Shown piece by piece: positions 27,409 through 37,200 of a stretch of 64,000 bases of DNA. Numbering within the stretch: the first letter of the stretch is position 1; the number at the start of each line of letters is the position of its first letter. Below the pieces are notes generated by a model that saw nothing but the letters and a program-made list of their open reading frames with translations, was not told the DNA's origin and did not search any database. This DNA comes from a virus, in the IMG/VR virus record IMGVR_UViG_3300048848_000007, positions 6,411 to 70,410 of that record; one strand, given 5' to 3'. A program made the position numbers and the translations under genes.

Positions 27409-27918
27409 ATGCAACTGATCCTGACCCAAACCGATATCGAAATCGCTCTGATCGATTACGCCAACAAGGTCATCACCGTGAAGGACGGCATGTCCATCAC
27501 CGTGGAACTGAAGGCCACTCGTGGTGCTGACGGTGCAACCGCCATCATCGACATTTCGCCAGCCCAGAACACCCCGGCTGCCAAGTCCCCGGAAGTGCAG
27601 ACCCCTGCCACTGCCAAGGCTGAACCAACCAAACCAGCTACCAAGCCTGCTGCCACCCAGAAGCCGGTCGCTGCAAGCAAGGCCAGCGAAGTGATCGAGC
27701 AGGCTGCCAGTAAAGAAGTGCCGGTCGAGACAGGTACTGAAGCGGCCGACGAGCTGGATCAAGTCGAAACCACCAATACCACCCCTCAGATCGACACCAA
27801 CGAAGGTGCCGAGGCTGCGATGGCAGAAACTGCCGAAGCAGAGCCTGAAGCAGAAGCCGAAGTGAAAACCCCGGCCAAGTCGTTGTTCGCCAACCTGCGT
27901 ACCCCGCGTAACAGCTAA
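27409..27918 (+). CDS. Ala/Thr/Glu-rich hypothetical protein
   Basis: Folded-looking N-terminus, low-complexity linker, C-terminal KSLFAN. Confidence 0.78.
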   Translation: MQLILTQTDIEIALIDYANKVITVKDGMSITVELKATRGADGATAIIDISPAQNTPAAKSPEVQTPATAKAEPTKPATKPAATQKPVAASKASEVIEQAASKEVPVETGTEAADELDQVETTNTTPQIDTNEGAEAAMAETAEAEPEAEAEVKTPAKSLFANLRTPRNS

Positions 27919-27921
27919 GTC

Positions 27922-28092
27922 GTGGTCCGTGCCCTGATTATAGGGCTGGGCCTGCTGGCACTGGTGGCTTCGATTGCCAGTGCCATACACGCAGCAGCCC
28001 TATCGATTGCCATTGGCGTCGTGATCATTCTTGGGCTGGGGTTCCTCTGGCTCATCGACTATCCAGCAGAAAAGAAAAAGCCCCCTGAATAG
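27922..28092 (+). CDS. Small membrane protein (56 aa; not in the ORF track)
   Basis: GTG start; VVRALIIGLGLLALVASIASAIHAAALSIAIGVVIILGLGFLWLIDYPAEKKKPPE*; two hydrophobic segments. Confidence 0.6.
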   Translation: MVRALIIGLGLLALVASIASAIHAAALSIAIGVVIILGLGFLWLIDYPAEKKKPPE

Positions 28093-28103
28093 GGGGCTTT
28101 TTT
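28075..28103. terminator. Bidirectional terminator between convergent middle and late genes
   Basis: AAAAAGCCCCCT-GAAT-AGGGGGCTTTTTT. Confidence 0.88.
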
Positions 28104-28220
28104 ATTTGAGGATTCCTCCCCTGAATTCCTACTACTGCGCACTTCAGTAGGAAACATCTCGAATACGGGAGGCAGACCCAGAAGATAGAGTTATCTTATA
28201 GGTCTGTCAACCATTCGTTA

Positions 28221-31200
28221 TTAATGAGCCAAGTTGACCCAAGGGTTCAAGGCAAAGGCACTCAGCCCTTGACCCGGACCAATGGAATATTCCAGCGAGC
28301 CATTCAGTGCCTTGTTGATCAAGCTGTCGGTAGTTGGCAGTCCCACGGAACCGAACATCTCCGGTGCCGGTGCCATAGTTGCCAGCAACGTATGGACAGG
28401 GTTATTGCGAATCATCGACAGAGCCACTTTCATGATGCGAATCTTGAAGTTGTAGAACCACAGCAGACCCATGTCTTCCAAGTAGCCACGGAAGCGGCCA
28501 CTCAGACGGTCATAGTTCACAAACTCTTCAGTAATCCGGCCCAATGCTTCTTTCTGGGTCATGCCCTTACGCTTGGTCAGTTCATCGAAGTAGATGGCCT
28601 TGCCCAAGAAGTCACCGTACTCCACAGCCTTTTGCAGACCTTGGAACAACGCTGTGTCCTTGGTCACCAGACCGTACTTGCCTGCTGTTGCCAGAGCAGG
28701 GGGCAGCTTGTTCACCAGGCTCTCGATGTAGCCTTGCAGGCGACCTTCACTCAGCAGGATATCTTCCCGGCTGATACCCACATCGGATACCGAGCTGAAC
28801 TCACCGGCTTCGATCAGAGGCCAGATGGACATACGCTTGAAGCCGTCTTGGATCGACTGACGCTCAGCCTCGAACTTGAGAGTCGCATTGGGATTGTTGA
28901 CCGAAGCACGCAGCTCCGCTTCCAGTTCCTTCATGCGGTACTCGCCTTTGATATAGGCGTTCAGCTCAGCCGTCTTCTTCGGCATCCCCCGAGCAATCGA
29001 GGTCAGTGGTACACCACGGCCTACCAGCTGGTAGACGTTGGACATGAGGTTGGCAATCGGGACGACCACCGACTTGACCACGATCAGCACCTTGGCATCG
29101 GATACCACGTTCTGGAGAATCTTCTCCCCGTTGACGAACTTCTGGTACGCCTGATTCCCGAAGGCAGCAATGGCAAGGTTCTTCACCGTGTCCTGTGTCT
29201 TCTGGTTCCAGCGAGTGTTGCCGGTCCATGCGTCACCCACGGTAGCCGATCGGTAACCCACAGCGTCATCGATCATGTCCTTGCGGACCATGAACTTGTT
29301 GCCGAAGACCTTGCCAACGTACTCCCGAGTTTCCCGGTTCATCAGTTTGATGGCATCGGCGTAGACCGGATCGGCAGCCGAGAACAGGTCCACGTACTCG
29401 TCTTCACCGAGCTTGCCCTTGTCCCGTACCGACTTGTCGTACATTTTCTTGAGCTGATCGACCAGAGCTTCGTTGAAGATCTGAGCCTGTGCCTCTTCTT
29501 CCTGACGACCCCTCCAGATACCCAGCACCTTACCCAGATGACCTTCGCCAGCCGCTTTGGTAGCGATGGTAGGGTCAAGGCTGCGTTCCAGTGCCACCAC
29601 TGTACCGGCCTCGTTGTAGACCGGCATCAGCGGTTCCCGGCCAGTTTCCCGACCCAGATTCGCCAGCATCTTCTTGATGACCGCAGCTTCGGTGATGGTG
29701 CCCGCAGTAGGAACCAGGGAGTGACCAGTAGTGGCATCCACACCTGCCGCAGACTGACGCACGTTCTGCATGATGCCCTGCTCGAAGGGAGCACGAGCCG
29801 ACACCGGAGCGAAGAAGTAACTCTTCTGACCTGCACGGGTGTACGGATCGGCAGACGACCCTTCGTAGTCCTCGACAGCCACATAGCTCATGCTCAGCAG
29901 ACGGGCACGTTCGGCATTGTCAGCCACGATTAGGGAAGTCCCTTCAATGGACTGCATCGGGATATAACCCTTGTAGCCATTGAGCCGTGCCATTGGGGAG
30001 GCCGACTTGCGGATCTCTTCAGCACGCTGACCCACCATGTAGGACATGGTGAATTTCAGACCCTGACCTTCGGTTTGAGCCAAGGAGACGAATGTGTCTT
30101 TGTCCTCTTGGCTCAGGCTCTTGATGGCGTACAGGGAAGTCAGCTGATCGATCATGCGGATCTCGGCAGCACCCTTGGTCTGGAACGGAGCCTTCTTGGT
30201 TTCACCCAGCAGCTGGGCGATAGCCTCGGCATTACGCAGCAGCTTGGTCCCCGGACGGCCTGTCATCATGAACTCTGCCAGCTGTTGCATCTTCTGCTGG
30301 GTCAGACGGAAGTTGGCCGGATCGAACTGACGCAGCGAGTTCTCCATCTGGCTGATCTCCCGGTCCATGACCCGCCCATCCTTGAGCATGTCGATGATCT
30401 GGTCCTGACTGAATGTCTCTTCCAGTGCAGCGATGTCGGTACGTCCCAGCGAACGGAACAGGCTGGTCCATTCAGCATCGCTCAGTTTACGGGTGAACTT
30501 GCTGTCGATCAGAGTCGGCAGGTCTTCACGGAACTGCTGACGAACCTTCTGCACCATGGCTTTGGTGGCTTTGATCATGTCGTAGACATTGGCATTGGAC
30601 GCAGTACGGCCGACCAGTTCAGCCATGAACTTGCGAACCGCTTCCGGCAGCTGACTGCGGTTGGTGGTCGAGAGCAGACCTTCAGCAATGATCCCGGCTT
30701 TCTCTTCGTTGACCAGCAGGGTAGACGCAGCCACCACATTACCGGCCAGCTTCATGTAGCGGTTGTCCGAGTTCTCGGCAAAGGACTTGCCCCAGTCATA
30801 GGCTTTACCCGACAGGTAGGAGATACCATCCACCAGAATGGTGTTGGCCCGGTCTACCAGAGTCTGGCCCTGATTCAAGGCACTGCCGATGAAGTTCTCT
30901 TGGTCCTGTACCGTCTTCATGACCTGGTTGTTCAGCTCATCCATAGCCGACAGCACATCAGGACTGGCATTGGTCAGACCGGCCATTCTGGAACCAAGGG
31001 AATCCATCATCCGGTTGCCGAGGTTTTCCAGACCTGCATCCAGAGTCCCCTCAGTGTTCTTGATGGACTTGGGCTTGTCGATCTTGGACAGGATTTCCCG
31101 GAAGCCAGTGTCCACGGTTGCCAGAGCAATGAACGCAGGCAGCAGACTGGTGCGACCTTTGAGGTCAGTCTGGGTGCCGTAGTTACCCATCAGCACGTTG

Positions 31201-34200
31201 TACTTCTGGTTGGCAATCGACTCGGCACGCTGGGCATCAGAGTCCGTTGGATCGATGAACATCTCAGGCTTCACGTTCTGAAGCACATGGGCGTACAGCT
31301 GCTGAGCCATCGCCATGGCATTCGGATCGATAGCCGCTTCGGTTGCCAGAGCCGCCACGATCTTCTTGAACGTGCTGGCCTGCTGCATGTTCATGTTGAA
31401 GCCTTGAGCCAGGAACAGGTCAGCCACCTTGGACGCATTGATGATCCCGATCTTCGTTTGGTTGTCCGACGTGCTGCCACCCAGACTCAGGTCATCACGC
31501 ATGAACCGGCCTACCGACTGGTCGAACGCTTCTGCGACTGCCGTCAGGCGGTCGTCGTTGCCGTACCGTGCCGATTGGTAAAGGGTGGTATTAGCCAGAC
31601 GACGGGCCAGACGTGGCTGGTTGTACATCAGCATCGAGCTGTTGAACAGCAGGTTGCTGAACATGTCCTGCTTGGGATCTTCCAGCAGACGGGTCCGGGA
31701 GAACATCGACTTGATGGCTGCCAGTACGTCTTTGGCGATCTGGGCCAGTTTGCTTGCCGTGGTCTGCTTGAGCAGGCCGGTCAGCTTCTGGTTGGACAGA
31801 CCCCATGCCATGAACTCGTTGAGTGCCGAAGCCTTGGCAACCGGATCAGCATTGCCGGTGTACTGGGTGATGGCTGCATGGGCATTATCGTAGGCTGCCT
31901 GCAAGTCCAGATTCAGACTGCCCGACAGCTCGTCCTTCATAGCCAGGAACTGATCCATCAGTTTCTCGATACGCTTGATGGCCGCAGCACCTTGAGGGTT
32001 GGCCTTGGCAAACGCCCGGTCACTGTAGTGCAGAGCCACGGTATCGAAAGTCGCAGCGTGAACCAGCTCGTGGACCATCGTCTCTGTAGACGGATCGATC
32101 AGGTAGACAGTCTTGTCAGCGATCACGGTGTAACCGTGGACCTGTTCATCCGTCTGGTTCTGGTTCAGGCCCGGATCACGACGACCCGACACCTTGGCGT
32201 ACTCGGCTTGCTGGGCAGCATCACCGTAGACCACGGTGTAACCCTTGAGCGACAGACCGTTGACGATCTGGTTGAAGACCGTGTTCTGCTCACCCGGCAG
32301 GTCGATCAGTTTCGCCAGATTCTTCAGATCCAGTGGACGCAGGATACGGACACCCGATTCATGCAAGGTGGCAGCCTCATCAATGGCAGAACCAAGAGAG
32401 ACAGCTTTCTTCTCGGGATTGTCCATCAGCTTAGCCAACTCTTCCCGATAGAAGAGGTCCAGCTGAACAGCAATCTCTTCAGGCGAGTTCAGACCTTCGA
32501 TGACCGGAGCTTCGTGCTGGTACGGACTCATGGCACCGGCCATCTGGTCTACCGAGATATGCATACGAGCCATGGCACGGTGACGGGCTTCAATCGACAG
32601 CTGAGTCCGATCCATGTTATCGGCCATGCTGTCCAGAGCATTCTTCAATTGCTCATCAGTCAGGTCCAGACCTTCTTTCTTGAAGATGGCATAGCCGATC
32701 TTGTTCTTGGCCTCCGGTGTCAATGCCGAGAGATCGACAGCCGAAGTCACCCCAGAGAAGGACTCATGAATAGCCTTCATCGGGTTGGCTTGCCATGTCT
32801 GCCAGACCGCTTGGTTCGCCATACGGCTACCGTCTTCGATACGGTCCAGTGGCAGGTTCTGCCCGTCGAACACCTTGAGGGTATTCTGGAGAGCACCTTC
32901 CATATTGGCGATCAGCTGCATCATGTAGCCGTCACCCGTACCGATGTTCATGTACGGAACACCTGCTACGCCAGCATCTCCCGGACCATCGATACGGGCC
33001 TTGCTGCGGTACTCACCGGAGAACGTGGAACCAAGGGAGCCACCGACCGGGTTGACTGTCGAGCCTGCCACGTAGAAACGCTGGGCACCTGTGTCAATGA
33101 ATGGCGACAGGGCTTCAAGTTTCTTGTAGATCGCCTCCAGTTCCTTGCGAGTCATCAGGTCATTCGGCGAGTAGTAGCTGTCCCGTTTCTTGTCGAGGAC
33201 TTTCTGCACTTCCTGCTTGAACACGTCTTCCAGAATCAGCGACTGGATCTGCACACCAGTACGGACCAGATTGGCTGTATCCAGCAGTGGCTTGCCCACC
33301 GTCTGCTCGATGGATTTGGTCATCGGGCCTACGAAGAACGCCAGCATGTTTTCCTGGATGTTCTTGATGGCATCAGCCTTGAAGGTGAACGTCTCCGGGT
33401 TCTGGATGAAGTTGCGGGAACCAGCAGTACCAGTAACCTTGTACAGACCGTCCTTCTCGAACACGCCCTGACCCATCAGCTTGGACATGGAATCGGTGAA
33501 GCGGTCGTACTTGGCCTGAGCATCCAGACCATCGAACATGGCCTGTGCCAGAGACAGGTTCTTGTCCTGAGCCTGACGTTGGGACGCTTGGCTCAAACGT
33601 TCGTAGATGGCATCAGTCATGGTGCTGGTCAGCTTGGCTGCAATACCCCGAGCACTGGAACCATAGATCGTGATCGTCAGGGGATTCTTGGCAATGCCAC
33701 GTTCCAGTGTCAGAACACCGGAGTCCTGATCGAACGACAGGTCTTTACCGAAGAACAGGTCCATGGCTGTCAGCAGATGATTGAGCTGCTGGACTGCACG
33801 CTTGTCCGGGTTGCTGTTGATCAGCTTATCCCGCAGCTTGGTGATTTCCTCATTGGCTCCGTCTTTGGCTTCGGAGTACAGGTCATTGGTATCCCCATCC
33901 GCAATGTGCTGGTTGAGGGTCTGACCCGGCTTGTTGAAGTACAGGCCGCCCTTGGCAACGTTACGCACCCATGGGGTAGTGAAGGTGCCACGAGTGAACA
34001 GGTTCATGGCGTTGATCGGACCGTTGGTCACACCGTCCGCTTCCAGATACACGGAAGTCTCGAAGGCAGCACGGCTGTCCGGGTTCTCCCGGTAGCGGGC
34101 ATAGTCCATCAACGACAGCAGAGCATCAGGAGTCAAGTCAGCACCGGCTTCCTTGAAGTTCTCCATCAGCAGATCCACCGTCTCATCCGAGATGCCTTCA

Positions 34201-37200
34201 CGGGGATTCATGGCCGTCTTTGGATCGACACCCAGCTGCCAGTTTGCCAAGGCATCAATGGAAGGCTTGAGCTTGTCCAGCAGACGCATGACCTTGCCGT
34301 ACATCACATCCGGCATTTCCTTGTGGACCTTGACACCCAAGTGCTGGCCGATGCCTCGCATGAAGCGGGCGAAGTCCAGATTGGTTTCACTCGACATGTC
34401 CAGTGTGGAATAGGTCGGTGAGATCAGAGCACGCATCTGCTTGTTGGACTGAGGGTTCTGCTTGCCCAGCATTTGCAGACGACCTACACGGCTCATGTTG
34501 TGAGCGTAACGGATCGGCACCTGCCAGTAGGGAATCCCTTGGTTCTCACCTACGTTCTGCACCATGTCCATCATGACCATCATCTGGTCATAGGCAGCCG
34601 TGATCCCACGGTTACGGCCTTCGAGGGACTTCTTGTGGTTGACGTTCCAGACCTGACGGTCCATGTCACCGGCACCGAACAGCTTGAGGTGATTGTCCAG
34701 ACCCAGAGCTTTGTAGAAACCACCCATCATCCAGCTGAGCTTGTGCTCGGTCTGCTGTTCAAACTCGATGGCTTTCTTCTGGTCAGGCGTGTTCTCGACC
34801 AGACGGTTACGCATCTGGAACTGGGCCACAGGAACCGTGGCACCGGCACCGACATAGTAATCCTGCTCTGGCTCAACCAGCACAGCATCATCGATGGCAG
34901 TCGGGTAACCGTTCAACGGGTTGTCTTTACCCAGACCTACCGTGTTGAACAGGATGAATTCCTGCTTGTTCGGGCTGCCGTCTTCTTTGGCAGGCAGGCC
35001 ATTGGCTTCGGTCAGTTCAATGCGGGTCGGCACGATCTGGCCTGTCTGAACCAAGGCAGCCATGAACTGAGCGGCCACGGCATCGACAATGCCCTGCTGC
35101 TCGCCGATCAGGCCATCAGGATTATTGGACAGACCCCAGTATTGCTGGATCTTCTGAGCCAGGCCGTCTTGCAGGTTGGTCCGGTACAGACCCTGAGACA
35201 TTTCCTCGATGAGTTCCGGTGTCACCATGTCTTCAGGGATCGTGGTGATCTGCGAAACGTCCTTGGCATCCAAGGTCCGAATGAAGTCATCCAGTGTCAG
35301 CACGTACTGTTGGGCAGCCAGTGCAGCCGATTCGATCAGCTCACGGTTGAACACCAGTTGCCCATCGACCACTTCAGTGATGTTCAGGGCACGGCCTTCA
35401 AAGGTCTTCAGGAAGAAGTCACCCGACAGGTCACTGCCGTCTTGGCGTTTGACAGTCTCACCTGACAGGATCAGATCCCGGCGAGTAACGTTGCTGCCTT
35501 TGCTGTACTTGCGGTCCAGATACTTGTTCATCGCCTCAGTGGCAATGTCGATGGTGTTCTCGGCCTGAGCAAAGATGCCCTTGTACGCTTTGGCAATAGC
35601 AGGCTTGAGCTTGTGACGAGGCTCTTTACCCATGACCGCTGTCAGGGCAGCCGAATCCTTCAGAGCATCGGTGACGATCTGAATCGGATTCTCGGAACCA
35701 GTGAGACGACTGATCTGTTTCTTCGCCAGCGAGAAGGCTTGCTTGAAGTTGCTCGGACGATTACCCACGGTCAGCAGGTTTGGATACACAGCATCCATAC
35801 CCTTGGCAGACGGTTCACTTTCTTCAGCTGGTGCCGATTCAGTAGAGGTCACTGGTTCAACTTCAGAGTTCTCTTCCACCACCGGCTCAGCTGTAGTCTG
35901 TGCTTCAACTGGTTCAGGTACGGTTTCCGTGGAAACCCCGGTGTCATTGGTCGGGGCCACTGTTTCGACAGCAGGAACTGAGGCCACATCAGCTGTCTGT
36001 ACTTGTGTGGTTTCCTCTGTAGGAGTGATAGCATTCTGCTCCCCACGAGAGTTCCCTGAATTCGACGAACGGTATTTTTCAGTTACCGAGTCAACAGGGG
36101 ACAGCAATTCACTAGCAAGCGAGATTGGCTGAATATGTTGAGCATTGAGATCCGGGAAAGCATCGACCAGACCGTTGTACACGTCAGCGAGAAGACGAGC
36201 ATCAAGATGCGTTGCTTGAGCATTCTTAACCGAATTGGCCTGGGCTGGCTGTACAAAGGCACCCTTCTTGCTATCGAACCATGGGTTCTGCCCCGCAGGC
36301 ACATCCCGGCCTCCGTTCGCGACCGTCTGGTAAATGACGTTCGGACCAGTGGGATTGCCTCGCTCAAAATGGGCGTTGAGTGCCGCAACCTTGTTCTGAA
36401 GGCTCTGGGCAAAGTTGAAGAGATACCCGAGGCGAGCGGCTGCGATATCCAGTTCACCACCCTTGTACGCCGACATGATGCTCTGGGCGTACTCCAACGC
36501 AGATTCCCCTTTTGCACCTTTCTCCGTGGTGATGTTACGCGATACTTTGGTGGCCTCGGTTGTATCGCCAAGTTTTACTGCTTCATCACTGGCCGTCTTG
36601 GCAGCCTGAAGCAAGGCGTTTGAGAACTGGATAGCCGTCCGCTGTGCAGGGGACAACTGGATCGTCCCCTTGGATGCCATCTGTAGAACCGCATTGTTGG
36701 TATCGAGGTTGGCAGCAGCTGGAGCTGTAGTCGCAATGGCTACGGCATCGTTGGCCGACTGTTGGTCAACCACATCGATTGCATTCCCTTCTGGACCACG
36801 ACCCTCGAAGATGGCAGTTGCCTCGTCGATAGCCCGAGCACGCTGAGGGTTGGAGTACAGCAGTTCTTCCATGTTGCCCAAGGCATCAATGTACTTCTTC
36901 ACCTGCGGATCGCTGGCGTAGTTCTCGGCGATGGCTTGCTGGTTACCCTGCACAAAGCTGTTGACGTTGGACAGCAGCGAGACGATATCCAAGGCCAGAT
37001 CGGCTTTCTTGGTGGTGTCCTTCTCGGCGTCGAACATGTCCATCAGTTTGAAGGCAGCTTCAGGGCGAGACTTCACATCCCCCAGGGATTCCAGCGTGGA
37101 CTGGCGAACGTCATCCTGGTTGAAGATCAGCGTCTGACGGAAGCTGTCAGCGAAGGACTGAACCGCCTCGACTTCTTCTTGAGGCACCGACTCACTCTCA

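Noticed and set aside
30075-34421. 1448-aa + strand ORF, and other long antisense ORFs (e.g. 24394-26619, 57326-59728, 48413-50029)
   Set aside because: Shadow frames opposite well-supported genes, expected from GC3-biased codon usage. They have no motifs or Shine-Dalgarno sites.
35922-35937. GGTTTCCGTGGAAACC as a third parS
   Set aside because: The central CACGTG core is missing, and the sequence lies in vRNAP coding sequence.
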